DNA of 64,000 bases from Azolla caroliniana (taxonomy: Eukaryota > Plantae > Polypodiophyta), in assembly GCA_043228905.1 (NCBI GenBank), contig JBHGNT010000003.1:16306001-16370000 (forward strand). Direction: 5' to 3'. A program made the position numbers and the translations under genes. Of the stretch, positions 24,795 through 33,759 are shown in pieces. Every line of letters begins with the position of its first letter. Positions within the stretch are counted from its first letter, which is position 1. The notes under the pieces were generated by a model. That model saw only the letters and a program-made list of their open reading frames with translations, made no database searches and was not told where the DNA came from.

Positions 24795-27700
24795 TTGGTG
24801 CCGCGGATTACAGCAGACTTACAAGCCGCCGTGAGCAAACCGACGCCGACGCCAGCACCGGCATTTTTCTCCAACCCGGAGGAAGGCCCAGCGGTGGTCG
24901 ATACCAGTAGCCCAGCAATCACAACAATCGTCAAAGGAAAGGAGATTCCAGGAACAATTATTGACGGAGGCTTCGGGGTGAACGTCATCAGCCGACAAAC
25001 ATGCGACGACCTAGGCATCCAGGAGTGGGAACCATGCCCCTTCTGGTTACGCATGGCGGATACAAGCTCAGTCCGACCAACCGGGCTTATCCGGGACTTG
25101 GAAGTAACGATAGGAGGCCACGTATTCCGGATATCGGCCGTGGTACTACAGTTGAATGTACAAGGCGCATATCCCCTACTGTTAGGACGACCATGGCTGC
25201 GAACGGCGCATATCAAGCAGAACTGGCAAAAGAACATAATCACGTTCCGACGGGGGAAAACAAAGGTACGAGTAGCGACGCAACCACGGGTGATCACTAG
25301 CAAGGAGGCAACCCCTTTATATGCCGAAAGCATCAACATGTTGGGGGGCTTGCCAGATGAGGAAGTTGATCGGTACCTCGAGGAACACCCACAAATCGTC
25401 CCACTTTTTGAGGTGGATATCACGGCAGCAGTAGAACCGTACATCACAATGCCGGAACCGGACGAGCCGGACAAAGCGGCGATCCGAGAACTACGCCAAG
25501 CACAAGAAGCCCTAGAAAGAGAAATGACGATATCCCAAAGGGTAAAAGCATCCCAACTGGAGGAGGTGGACCTCGGCACAACAGAACAACCCCGACCAGT
25601 AAAAGTCGCAAAGGAATTGCCGAAGGAGGAAAAACAGGCAATGGTAGCACTGTTAACGGATTTCAAGGACGTGTTCGCATGGTCATACGAAGACATGCGA
25701 GGGCTGGACCCCCAGCTTTACCAGCACCAAATTCATCTAAGTACAGACGCGAAACCCATCGCTCAACGCCGGTACCGGATGAATCCAAACTATGCGGCAA
25801 AGGTGAAGGAGGAAATTGACAAGCTTCTCCGGGTCGGATTTATCCGACCAGTCAAGCAGGCAACCTGGTTGAGCCCGATAGTGGTGGTCCCGAAAAAGAA
25901 CGGCAAAATCCGGGTATGTGTGGACTACAGAAAACTAAATGCCGCGACAGTAACCGATGCTTTTCCACTACCATTCACGGACGGAGTGCTAGATGCGGTG
26001 GCCGGCCGCGAAGTTTACAGCTTCCTGGATGGATTCAGCGGCTACAACCAAATCCGAATGAACCCGGCCGACCAAGAGAAAACAACGTTCGTGACGGAAT
26101 GGGGAGTGTTCGTCGCGGTCGTGATGATGTTCGGATTAAAGACAGCCCCTGCAACATTTCAAAGGATAATTATGGAAATCTTTGGGGATTTTATTCCCGG
26201 TTTTATGCAGGTATTCCTTGACGATTTCGCAGTCTACAGCCGACAAGGAGAGCACCTCGATCACCTACGACTGTGTTTAGAAAAGTGCCGCGAATACCGG
26301 CTAAGTCTGAACCCGGCTAAGTGCGTCTTTGGAGTCGCAAGCGGCAACTTACTGGGGCACGTGGTGAGTCGGGAAGGTATCGCGGTAGATCCGGATAAAG
26401 TAAAGGCAATTCTCGACGCACCGGCACCGAATAACGCAAAGGCTTTAAGCCGATTCCTAGGCCAAATAAGGTGGCATAGTCGGATGATACGGCACCTTGC
26501 AGACTTTGCTACACCATTGCACGCTGCTGTACACAGAGTACCCTTCCAATGGACGGTAACGGAGGAGAAAGCCTACCAAGCATTAAAGGTCATGCTGTCA
26601 CAAGCTCCGGTGGTGCAGCCGCCGGACTGGAGTAAAAGCTTTCACGTCTTCGTCGACGCGTCGGACGTAGCAATCGGCAACGTTTTGATGCAGCTCACGG
26701 AACCGAAATGGTATCGGCCGGTGTACTACGCAAGCAGGAAACTCTCGAAAGCCGAGCGGAACTACTCGACAACGGAACGAGAGGCATTGGGAATGGTGTA
26801 CAGTGTCACGAAGTACAGGCACTATCTGCTCAGACGCAAATTCTCTTTCCATGTGGACCACTCAGCACTACTCTACCTGGTCTCAAAGGCAGCCCTGACA
26901 GGAAAAATCGCACGATGGACACTACTATTACAAGAATTCGAATTCGACATCTTCCACCGCCCTGGGGTGCAGCATGCGGTAGCGGACTACCTGAGCAGGC
27001 TAGAATCCGGCGAAGCAGGGGAGGGCGTACAGGACGAATTTCCCGACGCCGAGTTGTTCAGGATCACGACGGCACCGGCAACGGAGGCCACAGTAGCTGA
27101 CGAGGACAAATGGATAACCGAAATGCATCAGTTCCTGAGCACCGGAGTTCCCCCGGAAAACCTGGACCGAGACGAACGGAAAAGGATGGCGGTAAGGAGC
27201 AGACATTTCTGCTTGGTGGGAGACACCCTCTATCACAAGGGGGCAGATGGCGTATGGAGGCGAGCAGTGCGGAGCGATGAAAAGGATCTGATCCTGAGGG
27301 AAGCCCACTGTGGAATTGCAGGTGGGCATTATGCCGGCGAAGCAACAACCCGGAAAATATGGCAGAGCGGACTATGGTGGCCGACTACCATGAGAGATGT
27401 CGTTAAGTATAGCAGGGAATGCGACCTGTGTCAACGACTGGGCCAACCCACGGAGCAGGCCCGGATGCCACATCACCCGGTCCTGCCATTAGAACCATTC
27501 CAAAAGTGGGGATTGGACTTCGTCGGTCCCTTCAAGCCACCGGCAATGCGGACCGGAAATCGGTATATAATAGTGGCTACCGACTATTGCACGAAATGGG
27601 TAGAAGCAAAGGCACTACGGGACAACACGGCGGCGTCCACGGCCAAATTTTTATACGAATGCATATGGTGTCGGTACGGATGCCCGATTGAGCTGATCAG

Positions 27701-28520
27701 TGACCAGGGAGAACATTTCCTCGGGCAGGTGGTGGAAAGTTTGACATCATTCTATGCGGTAGTACACAAACGGAGCACTCCCTACTACCCTCAAGCCAAC
27801 GAATTAGCGGAATCAACGAACAAAACGCTACAGAACATCCTTAGAAAAATCGTCAATGAGAACCGAACCGACTGGCACACGAAGTTGCAGAGCGTGCTGT
27901 GGGCGTACCGAACGGCGTACAAGACCAGCATCCAGACGACCCCGTTCCGACTGGCATTCGGCTTGGAAGCAGTCATGCCAGTAGAATTCCAAATTCCTAG
28001 CTTAAGAATACAGGTTAAGGAGCGGTTAAGCGAGAAGGAATCCGAACGAATCCGGCTGGAGATGCTGTTGGAACTGGAAGAAAATCGAATAGCCAGCCTG
28101 CTACAGCTAGAACTAGAGCAAAGGAGGAGGAAAGCCTTCGTAGACCGACACCGGCGGGGTAACGAAAAGGAATTCGAGGTCGGGAAACCAGTATTGCTGT
28201 TCCAGACATGGATGGGGAACATGCCGGGGAAATTGCGATTTCGATGGACCGGACCATTCTGGATCACAAAGGAGTACAATGGGTCTTACCAGCTCGGGAC
28301 GTTGGCAGGAGAAGTTGTGGGCAAATGGGCAAATGGGTTTCGCCTAAAACCGTATAAGGGGCACATGCCAGCCAACCCCTTCAAGCAAGACCCGGACGAC
28401 CTGAAGGACAAGGAACCGACACAGATCAGGAGGACCGAGGAGCCGACACCGAGGCGGAACAACGAGGAACCGACGACAGTGCGCACCGACCCGAACACAT
28501 CGGGGGAAACCGAACAGTGA
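24795..28520 (+). CDS. pol: Pol of element F (PR-RT-RNase H-integrase)
   Basis: IIDGG protease, LDGFSGYNQI and FLDD RT, VDAS and DHSAL RNase H, H-H-C-C, SDQG and WTGPF integrase; uninterrupted 1241 codons. Confidence 0.95.
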   Translation: MVPRITADLQAAVSKPTPTPAPAFFSNPEEGPAVVDTSSPAITTIVKGKEIPGTIIDGGFGVNVISRQTCDDLGIQEWEPCPFWLRMADTSSVRPTGLIRDLEVTIGGHVFRISAVVLQLNVQGAYPLLLGRPWLRTAHIKQNWQKNIITFRRGKTKVRVATQPRVITSKEATPLYAESINMLGGLPDEEVDRYLEEHPQIVPLFEVDITAAVEPYITMPEPDEPDKAAIRELRQAQEALEREMTISQRVKASQLEEVDLGTTEQPRPVKVAKELPKEEKQAMVALLTDFKDVFAWSYEDMRGLDPQLYQHQIHLSTDAKPIAQRRYRMNPNYAAKVKEEIDKLLRVGFIRPVKQATWLSPIVVVPKKNGKIRVCVDYRKLNAATVTDAFPLPFTDGVLDAVAGREVYSFLDGFSGYNQIRMNPADQEKTTFVTEWGVFVAVVMMFGLKTAPATFQRIIMEIFGDFIPGFMQVFLDDFAVYSRQGEHLDHLRLCLEKCREYRLSLNPAKCVFGVASGNLLGHVVSREGIAVDPDKVKAILDAPAPNNAKALSRFLGQIRWHSRMIRHLADFATPLHAAVHRVPFQWTVTEEKAYQALKVMLSQAPVVQPPDWSKSFHVFVDASDVAIGNVLMQLTEPKWYRPVYYASRKLSKAERNYSTTEREALGMVYSVTKYRHYLLRRKFSFHVDHSALLYLVSKAALTGKIARWTLLLQEFEFDIFHRPGVQHAVADYLSRLESGEAGEGVQDEFPDAELFRITTAPATEATVADEDKWITEMHQFLSTGVPPENLDRDERKRMAVRSRHFCLVGDTLYHKGADGVWRRAVRSDEKDLILREAHCGIAGGHYAGEATTRKIWQSGLWWPTTMRDVVKYSRECDLCQRLGQPTEQARMPHHPVLPLEPFQKWGLDFVGPFKPPAMRTGNRYIIVATDYCTKWVEAKALRDNTAASTAKFLYECIWCRYGCPIELISDQGEHFLGQVVESLTSFYAVVHKRSTPYYPQANELAESTNKTLQNILRKIVNENRTDWHTKLQSVLWAYRTAYKTSIQTTPFRLAFGLEAVMPVEFQIPSLRIQVKERLSEKESERIRLEMLLELEENRIASLLQLELEQRRRKAFVDRHRRGNEKEFEVGKPVLLFQTWMGNMPGKLRFRWTGPFWITKEYNGSYQLGTLAGEVVGKWANGFRLKPYKGHMPANPFKQDPDDLKDKEPTQIRRTEEPTPRRNNEEPTTVRTDPNTSGETEQ

Positions 28521-29065
28521 TGCGGCACGGGGTTTTTAAAAAAAAAAATAATAAATAAATAAAAATCAAAAATAAAAAAAAATCAAAATCAAAATGACGT
28601 GGTGTTAAGGTGAGAAAATTCAAGACAAGAAAAGATAAAAAAAGGAACCAAATCAAGTAATCATCAAAGCAAATCATAATTAAGAAAGGATCAAGAAAAT
28701 CAAGGTAATGATGAAGGAGGTAGTTACAACCGTCATCATTTAAGAGGCCACGCGGGTGCACGGGCTCTTTAAAGCACAGAACGTGGGGGGCCGATGTACA
28801 CGATTTGACACGCGCGGCAATCAAGGAGCCATAATGACAGACACGTAGGAGATTCGTCACACGCAGCAAAGAAGCGCAATCATGACACGCGGCAGCCAAG
28901 GACAGACATGCTAATCATGGCAGAGCATGCGCAGGCGTCAAAAATAGGACATGCTATTCGAGGCAGAGGACGTGCAGGCGCCAAAATTAAAGAGTGACAT
29001 GCTAATTATGGCGGGAGATACGCACGCGCGGAAAACGGGAAAAGGCGGCTCGAGGGAAACGCCAC

Positions 29066-29073
29066 TATATAAA
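29066..29073 (+). promoter_or_regulatory. Putative TATA box of an internal promoter for the extra ORF
   Basis: TATATAAA about 140 bp upstream of ATG 29209, preceded by repeated GACATGCTA motifs. Confidence 0.4.
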
Positions 29074-29208
29074 GGAAGAACCGGAGAAGGATTCACTTTT
29101 TACGAATTTTCCTACAAGCAAACGCAGGCTCAAGACAGCGAGATCCGACGCGCAGAACACCCACACCCCGACCTCAGACCACAGGCAGCAGCAGAGGAAG
29201 AAGAAGCG

Positions 29209-32037
29209 ATGGCACTGTCGGAAGGAGCGCGACAATGGCTGATGGAGAACGGATTAGGAGGGCTGCTGCGGGTCGCCGATGCTCCGCCACACAAGGAACC
29301 AGAGCAGGCGGCAACAGCAGTGGACCTGGCAGAAGTCACCGAAGGAGCGGTACAAGCGCTCACAGGGATTGCGAAGGGAGGACTTCAGACAATAGAGCTT
29401 CCCTCAAGCCAAATATTCTTCGAGTATTTCGGCGAATATTCCCTTAGCAGCAAGGCGTATCGCACACAGGGCGGAGAGAACCTGCTGTTCGGAGAGGTGG
29501 CCCGCGCCCTGATGGAGTATGGGTTCGTGAACCCTCGTCCGCCAGCCATAGCCAAATACCGAGCAACGATCGTCATCGCCACATTCGAAGGCCTGCAGGT
29601 GGACTGGCTCCACTTCATTACCGAAGGACTGAAAGAGGCGATCAAGCACTTGGTGGAAGGGAAGAAGCCATGGGCCGGGATATCACAATGGTTAACGGTG
29701 TTGGTCCCACCGGTGTCCCCCATCAAGCACAAGAAAAGAAGTCGGCAGGAGACTACGCCGAAGCAAACCATGAAGCGCCGACGAATCCTAGAGAAACACA
29801 CTCCGGGATGGACACAGGAAGAAGAAGCGCCACGGGAGGAAGGCTCCTCCCGACAGCAACGGGAGGAAGGATCATCCCGACGGCAACGGGAGGAAGGCCC
29901 ATCACGGCAGCCACAGAAACAGCAACAGCAACCGGCCACGAAGAAGAAAAAGGCGGAAAAAGGCAAGGAGAAGCTGGCAAAGAAGACCAGCAAGAGGCAA
30001 ACCGACACCGAACCAGTAACGCTCGAATCGGAACCGGTACCAGTAAAGGAACCAATAGTCGCACCGACGGAGGACGCTGAAACAGAGGAAGACTCATCCG
30101 AACCGATGTTAATACTACCACCCAGGCGAGGAAAGGAGAAACGGGCGACAAGACCGACCTCAACAGCGGACGGAACTCAGGAACGGGCGAAAGAACCGCC
30201 TCCAGTAACCGGAACAGAAGCGACACAGGATGAAGGTCCGTCTGCACCAAAGACGGCAGTACCGGAACCGACGGCGGCGGAGCTCGAAGAACAGAGAAAG
30301 GAACAAGCACCGGAGCAAGAGAAGAGGCCGGAGAAACAGCCGGAGCTAGGTACGCCTGCTCACACCGACGAAGGAAGAACAAAGGCACAATGGCTAAGGT
30401 GGTTGTCAGGGCAGTTGTCGGGAGTGGCAGATCAGATGGAGAAAGAGGAGGAGCAAAGGGAACAAGTGACCAGGACGACGACTAGGGAAATGGTCATGCT
30501 CCGGGCACAATTACATGAGCTGCAAGAAGAGCTAGCCCAGGCAAAAGAAGGAAACCGACAAGCACAAGATGGCACCGAGCCGGTCGGGACATCAGAAAAG
30601 CAAGCGGAACCAGCAACGGAGAAGGCCTTGCAAACCGGCCCTGAGACCGAGAAGTTAATAGCAACTTTGAAAGAAGAATTACAGGCTCAGGAGGCATTGA
30701 GAGATAACGAAAGGGAGCAGCGGAAGTTGGTAGAAGACGACAGACGGCGAATGGAGGAAGGCCTTCGCCGAAGCAAAGCCACCAATGACCGACTACAAGA
30801 AGAAAACGGGAAGCTGCAAAAGGAAAAAGATAGGCTGCGCCGACGAATGGAGCAGGAAATCGAGCGGTTGCGAGAGGAACTCCGACAACAAAAGGACCGG
30901 GATGATCGGTTGAGAGCTCAGGCGAACCGACGCCTAAAACAGAAGACGGAGGAATTCGACCGACTATGTAAGGATTATAAACAAGCCACGTCGGACAGCA
31001 AGAATCAGGCAGCAACGTACGACCGACAGATAGAGAAGCTGAAAGAGCAGCTCAAGGAAAACCGCTTGGAATTGTCCAAAGCAAGGGAGGAAGTATTGGC
31101 GGAAAAAACCTTGATGTCGGAACAAAGAAAGGAGATGGAAGTACTTCGGCAGGAAGTATGGGAGCTGACAAAGAGCAGGAACGAGGAAAAAGTGAAGTCG
31201 ACTTTCGAAATTAGCAAATGGCGAAGTACCTGTGACAAGCAAAAAGCCGACTATGAAGCTCAAGCTCAGTTAATGGCCGACATCATCAAGCGGATAAGGA
31301 AGGAAAAACAAGCAGCCTCGGCACAGGCTAAAGCAGGGGTTGGCCGGATCAAGCTCATCATGTCAAGCTGGAGTACCCGAGCTCAGGCCAGCATAAATGA
31401 AAGCACAGAGAAGCTTTGGAGAGAATGGGCACAACAGGCAGCTGAACTGCAGACACTCCGAGCTGATGCAGAAAATCGGAAGAAAACCGGAGATGGGTTT
31501 TATAAAATGGACGAAGAAAGTATCGTCAACATCCGGGTAGAACTGTCAGAGGATTTCTATGCTCTAGCAGAAGAGCATCTCAAGGAAATCCGAGGGTTAG
31601 TAGAGAGGTTGGATGACGGGCAGCTCGAAACCCAACTAGAATTGGAAGGGTACGAGAAGGACCGACTGCGACAGGAAGCCGAGGGACACACAACGCCGAT
31701 CTCCATCAGTGAGGGCGAGCGACCTGCTGAAGAGGACCCAACCGACAACGCACCCCGACAAGAAATACCCGAGGAAGAACTTCCAGAGCAAGAACAGGTT
31801 GATGCCGGGGATGATGAAGAGTGGAGACAGGGAAGTACCGAATCCGGGGAGGAAAGGACACAACCAGTGGAAACCGGAGAGAGCGATACCGGGAACGGAA
31901 CGGAGGTAGAGCAGGACAGACCCGGACAGGATACAGAAGAAACACCGGTCCACCGGTACAAGCAGAGTCGGAGCAGCAAGATGCGGAAAGGCAATCGAAT
32001 CGGAAGTCGGAGACGGCACAGGCAAGGCAACACTTGA
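29209..32037 (+). CDS. Extra ORF of element F (942 aa from ATG 29209; frame open from 28951): globular N-terminus, basic/low-complexity linker, long coiled coil, acidic tail
   Basis: Intact ORF of over 3 kb between pol and the 3' LTR; E/K/R/Q heptad-rich region; no signal peptide or transmembrane segment evident. Confidence 0.85.
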   Translation: MALSEGARQWLMENGLGGLLRVADAPPHKEPEQAATAVDLAEVTEGAVQALTGIAKGGLQTIELPSSQIFFEYFGEYSLSSKAYRTQGGENLLFGEVARALMEYGFVNPRPPAIAKYRATIVIATFEGLQVDWLHFITEGLKEAIKHLVEGKKPWAGISQWLTVLVPPVSPIKHKKRSRQETTPKQTMKRRRILEKHTPGWTQEEEAPREEGSSRQQREEGSSRRQREEGPSRQPQKQQQQPATKKKKAEKGKEKLAKKTSKRQTDTEPVTLESEPVPVKEPIVAPTEDAETEEDSSEPMLILPPRRGKEKRATRPTSTADGTQERAKEPPPVTGTEATQDEGPSAPKTAVPEPTAAELEEQRKEQAPEQEKRPEKQPELGTPAHTDEGRTKAQWLRWLSGQLSGVADQMEKEEEQREQVTRTTTREMVMLRAQLHELQEELAQAKEGNRQAQDGTEPVGTSEKQAEPATEKALQTGPETEKLIATLKEELQAQEALRDNEREQRKLVEDDRRRMEEGLRRSKATNDRLQEENGKLQKEKDRLRRRMEQEIERLREELRQQKDRDDRLRAQANRRLKQKTEEFDRLCKDYKQATSDSKNQAATYDRQIEKLKEQLKENRLELSKAREEVLAEKTLMSEQRKEMEVLRQEVWELTKSRNEEKVKSTFEISKWRSTCDKQKADYEAQAQLMADIIKRIRKEKQAASAQAKAGVGRIKLIMSSWSTRAQASINESTEKLWREWAQQAAELQTLRADAENRKKTGDGFYKMDEESIVNIRVELSEDFYALAEEHLKEIRGLVERLDDGQLETQLELEGYEKDRLRQEAEGHTTPISISEGERPAEEDPTDNAPRQEIPEEELPEQEQVDAGDDEEWRQGSTESGEERTQPVETGESDTGNGTEVEQDRPGQDTEETPVHRYKQSRSSKMRKGNRIGSRRRHRQGNT

Positions 32038-32087
32038 AACCTCTGAGCGGAGTTTGCTGGATATTTTAGAGGAAGACTGAAGCCGGC

Positions 32088-32128
32088 TGTGGGTTCGAAG
32101 TGCAACGCACTTTCCCACGGGCGTGCCA
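32088..32128 (+). other. tRNA-Arg-like 3' half (antisense primer-binding site) at the position where the PPT should be
   Basis: TGTGGGTTCGA-AGTGCAACGCACTT-TCCCACGGGCGTGCCA, then TG and the 3' LTR; reverse complement begins TGGCACGCCCGTGGGA. Confidence 0.7.
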
Positions 32129-33054
32129 TGTGTTGGCCGGTCAGAAGAAGGCAAATGGGAAAGCAAAGATGGATCGGAGTCGAAGCGGATAAATAGATAA
32201 ATAGAATTATTAGGAGGGACGGATCCGGTAGTTGTAACCGATCCGGATCCGAATCGATTCGGTTTCGGTTAACGGTTGCCTAAGAGCACCGATTGTAATC
32301 TGGCCGGATGCCTATAAAAGGATCCGATGTTTTGTAATGAAGGGACGAAGAATTAATATAGTTTTGCTTATGCTTATTGATCTTGTCTTCGTCTGTGCTT
32401 AATTGTAATTATCATACGCGTGCATTAACATCCTATTCCTACCACCCCTTTGGAGAAGTGTCGGATAGACACCTATGTTGCGGCTAGTCCAGCCAAACAT
32501 ACAACACATAGAATGTGCTCAGAAAGCACTTTTATACAAGTCAATAAAGAACTGACAGGTACTTCAATGTTCACATGAGCGACTATCACTGACTCCCAAA
32601 AATGAGGCTACATACTAGGCTGGATCCATAGGTCTCTAACGGCCTACCGATTTCAATCCGATCCGGCTCTTGGTTTCGGATATCATTCGGATACCGATCT
32701 GGATCTAGCTTATTCAACCAATCCGGATCCTGTTGATCTTGCTCGCTCAACAGGGATCAATGACCAGTCAAATATTCTAGAAAACAAAAGAACATGATAG
32801 TTAATGTCTACATTATGTCCTTTTGATACACTCCCAAGTATTTGTAGTTTGAGTCGTTGGATTTACCAAAAACGAAATGTATGATCACACCTAGCTTAGA
32901 ATGACTTGTTTTCCTTTGCTAAGGGGAACCTTGTGTTGAACATTAATGTTTGATGCTTGTACTGTTGGGAGACAGGTCCCTCCGGATGGGAAGGGAGAAG
33001 AACAGTGCCGACGAACAAACTCGGCCGAGGCCGATAGGCCAAGGCCGAATCCGT

Positions 33055-33275
33055 ATGAGGTGTACCCGGCTACGGAGAGCCGGATGGTGCAGGCCCGGTG
33101 TGAACCGGATGAGGAGTACCCGGCTACGGAGAGCCGGATGGTGCAGGCCCGGTGTGAACCGGATGAGGAGTACCCGGCTACGGAGAGCCGGATGGTGCAA
33201 GCCCGGTCTGAACCGGATGAGGAGTGCCCGGCTATGGAGAGCCGGATGGTGCAGGCCCGGTATGAACCGGAGGAA
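33055..33275 (+). repeat. 54-bp tandem repeat in the Copia G LTR (4 units; 3 units at ~37890-38055)
   Basis: Unit TACCCGGCTACGGAGAGCCGGATGGTGCAGGCCCGGTGTGAACCGGATGAGGAG. Confidence 0.92.
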
Positions 33276-33759
33276 GAGACATATTCGTAAATATGTTTCT
33301 GAGAGCCCATCGAGGCTATATTTGTAAATAGCCGAAAAGTCATATTAGTATAAATATGACTTAGGGCAAACTTTTAAGAGTTGTTGTCATTCTTCCTTGT
33401 TGGTGCAAGAAGAAGAGAGAGCGCGTAACTGTACAGAGAGAGAGAGAGAGAGAACGAGGTCGTTGCCTTTGTTGTAACTGCCGCCTGTGGCGAAGATCGT
33501 GAGCCCGAGGTCGTTGCCTCCGTGTACTCACTGTTTTGTACATTCATACATAGTGACAGTTTGCAGCCTGTGGGCTGCCGTGGTTTTTCCCCTTGTTTGG
33601 GGTTTTCCACGTTAACCTCCTGAGTACCATTTCTCTTCTTTGTGTCGCGTTCTATTTCTCGTTTTCTGTGTATGAAAAAAATCTCGGTTGTGGCCGAGTC
33701 TTGCGCATAAGGAACGAGAAGTTCCCGTCAAGTGGTATCAGAGCAAAACGACACAGAAA

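Larger units (their letters stand above)
22330..32506 (+). mobile_element. Young non-chromovirus Ty3/gypsy element F (Athila/Tat-related, no archaeal-type RNase H seen) with an extra 3' ORF
   Basis: 376-bp LTRs at 22330-22705 and 32131-32506 differing at 3 positions; TSD CATAG; PBS TGGCGACCAC at 22712-22721 (tRNA-Arg-like). Confidence 0.97.
9468..32752 (-). mobile_element. Ty1/copia element A, host of three nested insertions; 3' LTR 9468-9852, 5' LTR 22163-32752 (split by element F)
   Basis: TSD GGGAT at 9463-9467 and 32753-32757; Met-PBS TGGTATCAGAG next to 22163; PPT AGGGGGAG next to 9852; gag ATG at 22057, then protease, integrase, RT and RNase H fragments down to ~10480. Confidence 0.95.

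Noticed and set aside
29209-32037. Calling the extra ORF env
   Set aside because: No signal peptide or transmembrane helix is visible
32068-32082. AGAGGAAGACTGAAG as the PPT of element F
   Set aside because: It lies about 50 nt from the LTR, and a PPT must abut the LTR
32088-32128. Functional tRNA gene
   Set aside because: Only the T-arm and 3' acceptor strand with encoded CCA are present; no D-arm or anticodon arm
22951-32166. Many antisense ORFs over element F and the other elements
   Set aside because: Shadow ORFs of GC-rich coding strands
32891-33343. Repetitive ORFs in LTR arrays (also 37581-38126, 41172-41910 and 48683-49583)
   Set aside because: By-products of 54-bp and 105-bp units (multiples of 3); open in several frames with no coding signature
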